The translations under genes and the position numbers were made by a program. Positions 46,643-55,407 of a stretch of 64,000 nt of DNA are shown here, one piece after another. The notes below the pieces were generated by a model. It saw nothing but the letters and a program-made list of their open reading frames with translations. It searched no databases and was not told the DNA's origin. Each line of letters begins with the position of its first letter. Within the stretch, counting starts at the first letter, position 1. Source of the DNA: Acidimicrobiales bacterium (GTDB taxonomy: Bacteria > Actinomycetota > Acidimicrobiia > Acidimicrobiales > RAAP-2); contig JBEKOI010000007.1 in assembly GCA_049521915.1 (NCBI GenBank), positions 2,657 through 66,656 on the forward strand, given 5' to 3'.

Positions 46643-46921
46643 TCACGTCGCGACTGTCGAGTGCTCGGAATGTGGATGCCGCCCCCTGAGCCGGCCCCGG
46701 ATGAACCACAGGTACACGATCGCCATGATGACGCCGGGACAGACGGTCAAGAAATACAGAACCGAAATCAGTGCAATCCAGAAGGCTTTGGAGGAACCGG
46801 CCTCTCGGAACCTGCTCGTTGGCGTTGAGGCGGCATCGATGATGGCCCAAAGGGTCACCGAGAGCCCGGCAAGTGTGAGCACTGCGATGGAGGCGATCAG
46901 CCTGTTTGAGAGTGTGATCAT
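46643..46921 (-). CDS. Small membrane protein (PLDc_N-like)
   Basis: ATG at 46921 overlaps the upstream stop (ATGA). Two TMs with WAIIDAASTPTSRF...SKAFWIALISVLYF, as in the cardiolipin-synthase N-terminal-like domain. Confidence 0.5.
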   Translation of the reverse strand: MITLSNRLIASIAVLTLAGLSVTLWAIIDAASTPTSRFREAGSSKAFWIALISVLYFLTVCPGVIMAIVYLWFIRGRLRGRHPHSEHSTVAT

Positions 46922-47802
46922 CGTCCTGACAGACCTTTCGACTCGGCCGCCACGATAAATGAGTTCACCCGGGAGATGTATTTGGTGGGTCCGGCCTGAA
47001 ATGCCCCCACGTGTCCGACGCCGGGGAGCAACCACAGGGTCCCGTGGGTCAATCGGGCGAGCGTTGGACCGTTGTGCCAGTAGATGGTCTGGTCGGCTGT
47101 GCCCTGAATAATCAGGGTCGGTACGCGATAGCCGGGATGAAGACGCAGTTCCGTGCCTACGTCCAAAATACGGGCCCCTCCACTAAACCAAGGATAGAAC
47201 GCCCCAAATGGTCCTAGTAGGGCCTCGGGCATGCGGGTGTTGTGGGCCACTAAGTTCGTCATACTCACCAGGCCGCTGTCAGAAATGATTGCTAGTGGCC
47301 TGAGGCCTTCTGCGCCGGCCAACAGGACTGATAGACCTCCTGCGGATTCTCCATAGAGAACGACCTGCTCGCCGGTGCGATCGATAACCCAATGGTCGGC
47401 CGCGGTGACCTCATCGGCTTCCCGCTGCCCGCCACCAAACGTTTGCCAGCCAAGTTGGTAGCTCATCTCGATGACAAGCGCTCCGTATCCCAGACTGTGG
47501 AGCGGAACCAGCCTTGTGAGCTCAGTGGCCGGATTAGCGGTGTAACCGGCAACCATGATAATCACGGGTCGGTGGGGCTGACCCTGTACGTACCAAGCAG
47601 GAAGCCTCCCGTCGTAATCGACGGCTTTGTAGTGCAGACCCACAGTGGCTGGGGTCTCAGAGGTATCTCCACTGACCCCAGAATGGGCAACGAGGTAGTC
47701 AGAGCCCAGATTGGCGACGACCCACGTCTGAAAGAGAGCAACGACAAGCCCTGCAACACAGATGGCAATGATCCACCGCGCAGCCAGGTTCGAGTCCGTC
47801 AC
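46918..47802 (-). CDS. Alpha/beta hydrolase with N-terminal membrane anchor
   Basis: Nucleophile elbow YGESAGG, later IIQGTADQ and GVGHVG (Asp/His region). G+C is low relative to the left-hand genes. Confidence 0.8.
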   Translation of the reverse strand: MTDSNLAARWIIAICVAGLVVALFQTWVVANLGSDYLVAHSGVSGDTSETPATVGLHYKAVDYDGRLPAWYVQGQPHRPVIIMVAGYTANPATELTRLVPLHSLGYGALVIEMSYQLGWQTFGGGQREADEVTAADHWVIDRTGEQVVLYGESAGGLSVLLAGAEGLRPLAIISDSGLVSMTNLVAHNTRMPEALLGPFGAFYPWFSGGARILDVGTELRLHPGYRVPTLIIQGTADQTIYWHNGPTLARLTHGTLWLLPGVGHVGAFQAGPTKYISRVNSFIVAAESKGLSGR

Positions 47803-48352
47803 AGCGACACTGAGCTCACAGGAGTATCAGGTCCTCGCTTCGCTCATCGAGGAGGTTGATGAGCAAGTCCGGAGTCTGAAGGTGTGCGTGTCGTGACGGT
47901 ATCCAGTGCACGGACTTCGTAATCACCGAGGTCGGCGAAGGAATCCAATATCCGATCGGTTCCTCGGCACAAAGGGGAGGACGCCCCGGCACACGTTCAC
48001 GACACGGACGGACTGAATCGGCCTGCGATGGCTCTCCCTATCGTGGCCTTCCCTGCGCCGTGCGGACTCGGGATTAGAAAAAGCGGTTTATCCATCGACG
48101 AACAACCGACGTTGCTTGGATGAGAAGCGTCACCGCAACGTTCACCCGTGATTGGCTTTTGATTCGTCTTCACACCTCCATGTTGCGATAGGAAGTTTCG
48201 CGTTCCATGAGAATCAGCTCAAGGTTCCCTGGGACTTGCACCACCCGGTTGGATCACCACCGCATCGGGGTGATCCTGCCTCGGTGACCCACTGCCATCG
48301 GGCTCAAGGCGGTGAAGCCCGGCTGGAAGAGAGAGTGGGTCCCGATCACCGA

Positions 48353-49033
48353 TCACCCCGGCCCGCTCGATGCCCCACTTGGCCCTCCGCCGAATCCGCC
48401 CAACCCGCCAAAACCGCCAGTCGTCGACACGCCGGATTCGGTGGCCGACACCGAGGCGGCCGAGACCGAGCCGGTGGAGGACTTCGTGCCCTGAACGGTC
48501 ACCGTGTCGCCCGGCTTGATGGCGGAAAGCGTCGACTTCGCATTCCGATCGATGGTGGTGCTCGATCCCACATCGACAGCGACGAGACTGCCACTGGCGG
48601 TGGTGACATAGAGCGTGTTCCCAATGATGTCGGTGACGGTACCCGAGGTGATTTTCGCCAATGCAGCGCTCAGCCCACTTGCCCCGCCGGCCCCACCCGT
48701 GAGAGAGCCACTGAGAGCAGCGAACGGGAAGGCCGAAGCCGTTGATGAGTTCGAGGACGATGAGTGGCGTTGCATATAGGCGCCGCCCCAAATACCAACG
48801 GATGCCACCAACAAGATCAGCAGAAGTGCCGCCAGCCATGGCAGGCGAATCCCCTTGGCTGGACCCTGTGTTGGCCAGTCCTCCTGCTCCTCAGCGAAGA
48901 GGGCCTCCAGATCCGAGGCCGAGTCGGCTGGATCAAGTGTCGATACGGCTGGTACTGGCGCAGTGTTGTCTGTGTGGAGCTCTTCGGTCGGAGGGCCGCT
49001 CTCGACGATGCTATCTGAATCGGATGTGGTCAT
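48353..49033 (-). CDS. Membrane-anchored exported protein with an acidic N-terminus, a DUF5666-like beta domain and a Gly/Phe-rich tail
   Basis: Last gene of the exporter operon. The TM is LPWLAALLLILLVASVGIWGG. The domain reads GTVTDIIGNTLYVTTASGSLVAVDVGSSTTIDRNAKSTLSAIKPGDTVTVQG and the tail is TTGGFGGLGGFGGGPSG. Confidence 0.6.
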   Translation of the reverse strand: MTTSDSDSIVESGPPTEELHTDNTAPVPAVSTLDPADSASDLEALFAEEQEDWPTQGPAKGIRLPWLAALLLILLVASVGIWGGAYMQRHSSSSNSSTASAFPFAALSGSLTGGAGGASGLSAALAKITSGTVTDIIGNTLYVTTASGSLVAVDVGSSTTIDRNAKSTLSAIKPGDTVTVQGTKSSTGSVSAASVSATESGVSTTGGFGGLGGFGGGPSGASSGPG

Positions 49034-49052
49034 AGCGGTGCACCTTCCTCAA

Positions 49053-50276
49053 TTACTCGAATCTCAACGCGTCGATCGGACGAAGCGACGCAGCGCGGTA
49101 GGCCGGGTAGAGGCCGGCAAAGATACCGACCATTAATGCGACGCCGAAGGCCAAAGGAATCGAGTAGGTGGCGAGAACCGGCTGTACCCCATCGATCTTG
49201 AACCTAGCGACCACCAGGCCGGCCAGTACCCCGACGGCGCCTCCGAGAAGTGAGATCACAACAGCCTCAATCAAAAACTGACCGAGCACAATGAACTTTG
49301 GTGCCCCGATGGCCTTACGAATACCGATCTCCCGAGTGCGCTCGGTGACGGTAACCAGCATGATGTTCATGACCCCGATGGCGCCGACTAACAGCGACAC
49401 TGCCGCTACCCAGCCCAACAACGCAGTGAACGTCTTCGAACTGGACGTCGCCGTAGAAAGAAGGCTGGCCTGGTTCAAGACGCTGAAGGGCAGATCGGCC
49501 ACCGTGGTGTCGTTTTGTGCGGCAAGGATGCTCTCCACCTCGCTCTGGGCGAGCGACAGGGTGGATGACGACTTCCCTTGCACCAAGAGCTCGGAGAAGG
49601 ACTCTGATTCTCCGGTCAATTGATCCTGCACGGCGGTGTACGGGGCGATGGCAACCGCATCCTGATTCGACAAACCGCTGCTTCCTTTTGAGGCCAGGAC
49701 TCCGACGACATCGAACTCAGCGGAACCAATTTGGATCTGTTTCCCCAGAGGGTCGGATCCGGTAGCAAAGAGGTTGCTGGCCACATCAGAGCCAATGTCC
49801 ACGACTTCGGAGTGATGGGCCACATCAGCGTTGGTAATAGAGCGCCCAGCCGAGACCGTGTAGTTCGAGGCGGTGAGATACGACGGAGTTGATCCAACGA
49901 CCGAGGTCGAGTAAGTGGCGCCGTTGTAGGTGGACGTCTCACTGGTTGAGATGACCGGCGAGACGGACGCCACGTCGGGAGCACTGTTCTTGTCAGAGAT
50001 CAGTGTCACGTCAGTGCTGGTCAGCGTGGCGTTGCGGGACTGAGTACCGGTTTGCGAGGTGCCACCTCCGAATCGTCCGCTGCTGAAGACCGTCAGGGTG
50101 TTGGTCCCCAACTTGTCGATCTGCGACTCGACGGCCTGGGACGATCCGGTCCCTACAGCCAGCAGGACAATGACCGCGGCCACGCCAATGAGAACGCCAA
50201 GCATGGTGAGGAGCGAACGCAGCCAGTTCGAGCTAATGCCCCGAAGGGCCATGATCACGTTTCCCCAGACGCTCAT
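49053..50276 (-). CDS. MacB/FtsX-type ABC transporter permease
   Basis: ALRGISSNWLRSLLTMLGVLIGVAAVI, a large extracytoplasmic loop (MacB_PCD-like) and a C-terminal FtsX 3-TM bundle with IGIRKAIGA. Confidence 0.9.
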   Translation of the reverse strand: MSVWGNVIMALRGISSNWLRSLLTMLGVLIGVAAVIVLLAVGTGSSQAVESQIDKLGTNTLTVFSSGRFGGGTSQTGTQSRNATLTSTDVTLISDKNSAPDVASVSPVISTSETSTYNGATYSTSVVGSTPSYLTASNYTVSAGRSITNADVAHHSEVVDIGSDVASNLFATGSDPLGKQIQIGSAEFDVVGVLASKGSSGLSNQDAVAIAPYTAVQDQLTGESESFSELLVQGKSSSTLSLAQSEVESILAAQNDTTVADLPFSVLNQASLLSTATSSSKTFTALLGWVAAVSLLVGAIGVMNIMLVTVTERTREIGIRKAIGAPKFIVLGQFLIEAVVISLLGGAVGVLAGLVVARFKIDGVQPVLATYSIPLAFGVALMVGIFAGLYPAYRAASLRPIDALRFE

Positions 50277-51106
50277 CGTTTGCCATCCTCGGCGTGATGC
50301 GGACGGGTGGCCGCTTCCGCATGGGCCACATGCTCGCCGTGGGCGTCGATAGGCTTCTGGTGGTAGTCCTGGGTGATCATGCCGTCGCGAAGGCGAACCA
50401 CCCGAGTGGCATAGGCGGCGATGTCCTCCTCGTGCGTGATCATCACCACGGTTCGACCTTGGGTATGGAGTCTGGCGAACATCGACATGACGTCTACGCT
50501 GGAGGCGGAGTCGAGATTGCCGGTCGGCTCGTCGGCTAAGACCAACGCCGGGTTGGTCACGATGGCGCGGGCGACGGCCACCCGTTGCTGCTGCCCCCCG
50601 GACATCTCACTGGGGAAGTGGTTCATCCGGTCACCCAAGCCAACCGAATCGAGCGCGACTTCGGCACGGCGCCGACGCTCTTTTGGCTTGATTCCGGCAT
50701 AGGCCATGGGCAATTCCACGTTCTGGACCGCAGACATGCGCGCCAGCAGATTGAAGCTCTGGAAGACGAAGCCGATCTTTCGATTTCGTATTCGCGAGAT
50801 CTCCCGGTCGTCGAGATCGCGAATATTCACTCCGTCGAGCCGGTAGTGCCCACTGGTAGGTACATCGAGGCACCCGATGATGTTCATCAGCGTGGACTTC
50901 CCTGATCCAGAAGCCCCCATGACTGCGACGAATTCACCCCGCGCTACAGCAAGCGACACGCCCCGGGTTGCGAACACGTCGTTGCCGCCCATCTGATAGC
51001 GCTTGACGATGTCGGAGAGAGCGATGACAGGCCACCGCGGTGGCATCGTTACAGTTGAAGCGTTACCGGAAAGAGACAGGCTTTCGCTCATCGTGGCGAA
51101 GATCAC
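50273..51106 (-). CDS. MacB-type ABC transporter ATP-binding protein
   Basis: GASGSGKSTLMNIIG, FVFQSFNLL, MSGGQQQRVAVARAI, LVLADEPTGNLD. It has 4-bp overlaps with both neighbours. Confidence 0.9.
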   Translation of the reverse strand: MIFATMSESLSLSGNASTVTMPPRWPVIALSDIVKRYQMGGNDVFATRGVSLAVARGEFVAVMGASGSGKSTLMNIIGCLDVPTSGHYRLDGVNIRDLDDREISRIRNRKIGFVFQSFNLLARMSAVQNVELPMAYAGIKPKERRRRAEVALDSVGLGDRMNHFPSEMSGGQQQRVAVARAIVTNPALVLADEPTGNLDSASSVDVMSMFARLHTQGRTVVMITHEEDIAAYATRVVRLRDGMITQDYHQKPIDAHGEHVAHAEAATRPHHAEDGKR

Positions 51107-53105
51107 GGTGCTCCACCGCCGAAGCCACCGCCACCGAACCCGCCTCCACCGCCGCTGAAGGGGCTTGAGGTGCCGGAGGTCGTCGAAGCGCTCACGCTGG
51201 CGGTGGGCTCAACCACCTTTTGACCTTCCGTTAGTCCGCTCGTGATTTCGGTATAAGAGCTGCCAACTAGGCCCAGCGTGACCGGCGTCGTCTTCTGGAC
51301 ACCATCGGAGAGAACCTTCACAGTGGACGTTGCGCCGGTCGTGGTGATCGCCGCGCTGGGCAGCTGGAGTACGTCGCTAGCAGTTTGGACGATGACGGCT
51401 ACTTCGGCCGTCATCCCCTCCTTCACATCCGACGGGGCACTTTCCAGAGCGATGGTGACTGGGTACTCCACTACGTTGCTGACGACGGTAGAGGTCGGAG
51501 AAACCGCAGTGACCAGGCCGGTAACCTCGGTGTCAGGCAGGGCGGCGAGGGTGACGGTAGCTGGCTGGCCGACGGCAATCTTTGTTGCGTCAGCCTCTGC
51601 GTAGTCCGCCACTACCTCCAGACTGCCCAGGCTCTCGATCGTGATGAACGTTGACGTCGACGAGGAGCCGGAGCCCGTGCTGCCGGTCGAGCCCGTGCTG
51701 CCGGTCGAGCCCGTGCTGCCGGTCGAGCCCGTGCTGCCGGTCGAGCCCGTGCTGCCGGTCGAGCCCGTGCTGCCGGTCGAGCCGAGCCCGTGCTGCCGGT
51801 CGAGCCCGTGCTACCGGTCGAGCCCGTGCTACCGGTCGAGCCCGTGCTGCCGGTCGTCGACGAACCAGATCCGCCCACCGTCTCACCGACCGAGTTGTTG
51901 ACCGTGGTGACGGTGCCGCTGATTGATGCCACCAGAGTGCAGTCAGCCAATGCTTTTGTGTCCGTTGTAACCGTCGCCTCATCTTGGGTGACCGTCGCTT
52001 CATCCTGGGCGATCGTCGAGGGAGTCACCTGCAGGCTCGCTTGAGCAGACTGGACGGTCAGCTCCTGTGCCGACACCGTCGACTGGTCCTTGGCCACGGC
52101 CTGCTGGTAAGTGGTGATGTCCTGCTGATCGGTGACACACGAGCTCTGTGCGGTGGCGAACACAACGGCGACTCCGGCCGACGTTCCGGCAGAGTTGGTG
52201 GCCACGATGCGAAAGAGGTAGCCGGTGTTGGGTGCGAGACCGGTTACCGTCGCTGACACCTGCTGGGGAGTTGAGCTCGACCCGGCGTTGGTGGATGCCG
52301 TCGACGTGCCGAACGAGGCGGTCGTGCCGTACTCGAAGTAGTAATCCGTGGACGCCCCTTCGGGATTGACCGTGGCGCTCAGGGTCACAGATGTCGTACC
52401 GGCACCGCTGGTGGATCCCGTTGTCACGACCGGAGCCGAGACAGAATGGGACACGTCGACGCTGGGCGTGCCGCCTCCCGCCGTGCCCGTCGAACCAGTT
52501 CCGGAGGTCCCCGATGTGCTGCTCGATGCTCCGCTACTGGCGCTGCTTGACGATGTAGAGGCCGGACAATCGAGGGCCTGGTCGGCAGCGTAGGTGGACT
52601 GCGCCGTCTGCAGAGATGTCTGATCGCTGGTTAGCTGGTTTTGGTCCGAGGTCAGCTGCTGTTGGGCCGAGACCAACGTGGCCTGGTTCTGCGCCTGTTG
52701 CGCCGGCGTCCCTCCGGCCTGGTCGTGAGCGAGCGTAGTTTGGGCGCCCGCCAGCGACGCTTGCGCGGATTGAAGGTTCGCCTCGGCTTGGGTGGAGTCG
52801 ATAGTGGCCAGGACCTCTCCAGCTGTGACCTTGTCGCCCACTGCCACGTTGACAGCGGTGAGGGTGCCGGAATTGTTGAAGTCCTCTTCCGCCGACGTGG
52901 CCGCGGAGGTGTTACCAGAGGCGGATACGCTCGACTGCACGGTCCCTCGCGTCACGGAAACCGTTCTGGCCACACCAGTTGATGCCGCAGATGGTGATTG
53001 GTAGATCGAGTACAGAGCAATTGTGGCAGCGGCGGCAACGGCGAGCGTCAAGGCGATGTAGCCGATCAGTTTGCGCCGTGAGCGGCCAGCGTTTCGTTCA
53101 GGCAT
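51103..53105 (-). pseudogene. MacA/HlyD-type periplasmic adaptor (MFP), split into two ORFs (51612..53105 and 51103..51612) by a frameshift inside a coding tandem repeat
   Basis: The N-terminal ORF has a TM anchor, a lipoyl-like part (GTLTAVNVAVGDKVTAGEVLATID) and a Gln/Ala-rich coiled coil. The C-terminal ORF has the beta-barrel/MP part (ADYAEADATKIAVGQPATVTL...VVEYPVTIAL...). The frames switch at a 5-bp partial repeat unit at 51779-51783. Confidence 0.7.
51671..51855. repeat. 18-bp tandem repeat gagcccgtgct[g/a]ccggtc, 6 units + 5-bp partial unit + 4 units
   Basis: Read directly. On the minus strand each unit encodes TGSTGS. Confidence 0.95.
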
Positions 53106-53157
53106 GAGGTGGGATCCCTTTCAATGTTCGTCGACAGGTGGCGGGGTCAGGTTCCTG

Positions 53158-53763
53158 TCAACCCGAGGTCGGTGAGGCCGTCGAGGGGGGAGTGGAACCG
53201 GCCTTCGGTCTCAGCGCCGCACACGCGGTCTGGGCCGCCTGGTAGGCAGCACTGGAGGCATTGACAGAACTGGGAGTGGATCCAGATGGGTTGCTCGGTA
53301 GCGTGACCCCGTGGAGCTTCAGGCAATTGCGGTAGGCAGCAAAAGCCGAACTGTTGGCGGAGGTCCCACCGAAGCCGCCGAAGCCGCCCTTCGGTTCAAC
53401 GCTGGCACACGCCTTGGCTGCCGCCGCGAACTTCGAGTTGTTGGCGAACCCACTCCCATCGGGAGCGCCTCCAGAACCCGTAGGGGGAGTGCCTTCACCC
53501 GGCGCCCCACCGGCGCCGGATGGAGGTCTGCCGGACCCGGAAAAGCTGGGCAGGCTCACCCCGTGCTTGGACAGACACTGCCGGAACGCCGAAAGTGACG
53601 CCCCACTGGACGCCTTGGCGGACGACGTCGTCGAAGTGGTGGCAGCCGAACCGCTACTACTGCAGGCGCTGAACAGAAGACCGAGGACACCAAGAACCAG
53701 CACGGCACTCGCATACCGGTGCGTCCGGCTTCCCGGTCGAACGGGGGCATATTTGAGGATCAT
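53158..53763 (-). CDS. Exported lipoprotein with an internal two-fold Cys-containing repeat (first gene of the exporter operon)
   Basis: ATG at 53763. The lipobox is LLFSAC-SSS. Two copies of AF(R/Y)xCLxxHGV(S/T)LPS ... AAxxAC occur, separated by Gly/Pro-rich linkers that include KGGFGGFGG. Confidence 0.6.
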   Translation of the reverse strand: MILKYAPVRPGSRTHRYASAVLVLGVLGLLFSACSSSGSAATTSTTSSAKASSGASLSAFRQCLSKHGVSLPSFSGSGRPPSGAGGAPGEGTPPTGSGGAPDGSGFANNSKFAAAAKACASVEPKGGFGGFGGTSANSSAFAAYRNCLKLHGVTLPSNPSGSTPSSVNASSAAYQAAQTACAALRPKAGSTPPSTASPTSG

Positions 53764-53927
53764 GAGTGGCACGATGACACGTTGATCTGTGAAACCTGTC
53801 CAGGGAACTTGCGAGTTTCCTGAAGGGCCTCCACGGTCGCTACACCCCTCCTGCGAACGACCGTCTCTCGTCGAAACAGTCAACCAACCTTAAGGAGATC
53901 GAGAGGTAGGACTGCCAGCATGCACGC

Positions 53928-54608
53928 GTGCCACCTCGCATTCTGGTCGTTGAGGACGAAGAGAATGTTGCCTATGTGATAGTCACTGCTCTCGGACTCG
54001 CGGGCTTCGACACCGCCGAAGCAGCCAATGGGTTCGACGGCCTTCGGCTTGCCGGATCCGGCGACCAGGTGGACCTCATCATCGTCGACGTAATGATGCC
54101 GGGGATCGACGGTTTCGAACTCTATGAACGTCTGCGAGCCAAAGGAGTAGACGCGCCGGTCATCTTTCTCACAGCACGTGATGGGCTGCAGGACCGGATC
54201 AAAGGACTGAGCCTCGGCGCCGACGACTACCTTACAAAGCCATTTCATGTCGAGGAACTCGTCGCCAGGGTCAGATCGATCTTGCGACGCACCGGCCACG
54301 TGCCTGAGTCCCGCGTGATCACCTCGGACAACCTGGTTCTGAATGACGATGTCCGGCGGGTGGTGCGCGGTGAAGAGGAGATCGATCTCTCACCCATCGA
54401 GTACCGGCTGCTCCGATTCCTGATTCGAAATGCCGGCCACGTAATGAGCAAAGAGGAAATCCGTGACCACGTCTGGAACTACGGCTTCAACGGCGAAGCC
54501 ACGGTCGTGGAGACATTTGTCTCATCGCTGCGTAAGAAGATCGATAGCAAGCCACCCCAGCTCATCCACACCGTGCGAGGTGTCGGATACCGATGGGACG
54601 GTCGTTGA
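53928..54608 (+). CDS. OmpR/PhoB-family response regulator (copy 1)
   Basis: REC domain (RILVVEDEE...DLIIVDVMMPGIDG...LTKPF) plus a winged helix (IHTVRGVGYRW). Confidence 0.9.
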   Translation: MPPRILVVEDEENVAYVIVTALGLAGFDTAEAANGFDGLRLAGSGDQVDLIIVDVMMPGIDGFELYERLRAKGVDAPVIFLTARDGLQDRIKGLSLGADDYLTKPFHVEELVARVRSILRRTGHVPESRVITSDNLVLNDDVRRVVRGEEEIDLSPIEYRLLRFLIRNAGHVMSKEEIRDHVWNYGFNGEATVVETFVSSLRKKIDSKPPQLIHTVRGVGYRWDGR

Positions 54609-54719
54609 AGGCGGCAGCGGCATTCGGACCGGAGCTCCATCAACCTGACAGCAGCGACACCTATCTGATCCACAGGAAACTCTGAGGAAACCTCAAGGAA
54701 GTACTGACAACATCCGACC

Positions 54720-55400
54720 ATGCCTCCCCGAATCCTTGTAGTCGAGGACGAAGAGAACGTCGCCTACGTGGTGACCACGGCCCTCCGGCTAGCCGGATTT
54801 GACGCTGTCGAGACACAGAATGGCCGTGAAGCACTGGCGCTCACGGCCGATCCTCAATCATTTGACCTCATCATCCTTGACGTCATGCTCCCAGACCTTG
54901 ACGGATTCGAAGTGTGCCGACGTATGCGCTTCGAAGGAATCGGCATCCCCGTGGTCTTCCTCACCGCTGCCGACGCCATTGAGGAGAGAGTCCGCGGTCT
55001 GACCATTGGCGGCGACGACTACCTGATCAAGCCGTTCAGCGTCGAGGAATTGGTAGCGCGGGTGCAGGTAATTCTTCGCCGCACTGGCGCCTCGGCCACT
55101 CCGCAGCTTCTGAGCTGTGCCGACCTGGTACTCGACGACGATGCCCATGTGGTAACCCGTCACGGAAAGGTGGTGGCGCTATCTCTGACCGAATACAAGC
55201 TGCTCCGTTTTCTACTCCGCAACGCCGGGCATGTCATGAGCAGAGCCCAAATCCTCGATCACGTGTGGAACTACGACTTCGAGGGCGAGTCGACGGTGGT
55301 GGAGACGTTCGTCTCCCTTCTGCGGCGGAAGATCGATGCCAAGCCTCCTCGATTGATCCACACCGTGCGTGGGGTCGGGTACCGATTGGACGGGCGCTGA
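54720..55400 (+). CDS. OmpR/PhoB-family response regulator (copy 2, tandem paralog)
   Basis: Same length (226 aa). A gapless hand alignment with copy 1 gives about 141/226 identities. Acidic pocket, phospho-Asp and Lys are all retained. Confidence 0.9.
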   Translation: MPPRILVVEDEENVAYVVTTALRLAGFDAVETQNGREALALTADPQSFDLIILDVMLPDLDGFEVCRRMRFEGIGIPVVFLTAADAIEERVRGLTIGGDDYLIKPFSVEELVARVQVILRRTGASATPQLLSCADLVLDDDAHVVTRHGKVVALSLTEYKLLRFLLRNAGHVMSRAQILDHVWNYDFEGESTVVETFVSLLRRKIDAKPPRLIHTVRGVGYRLDGR

Positions 55401-55407
55401 TCAACTC

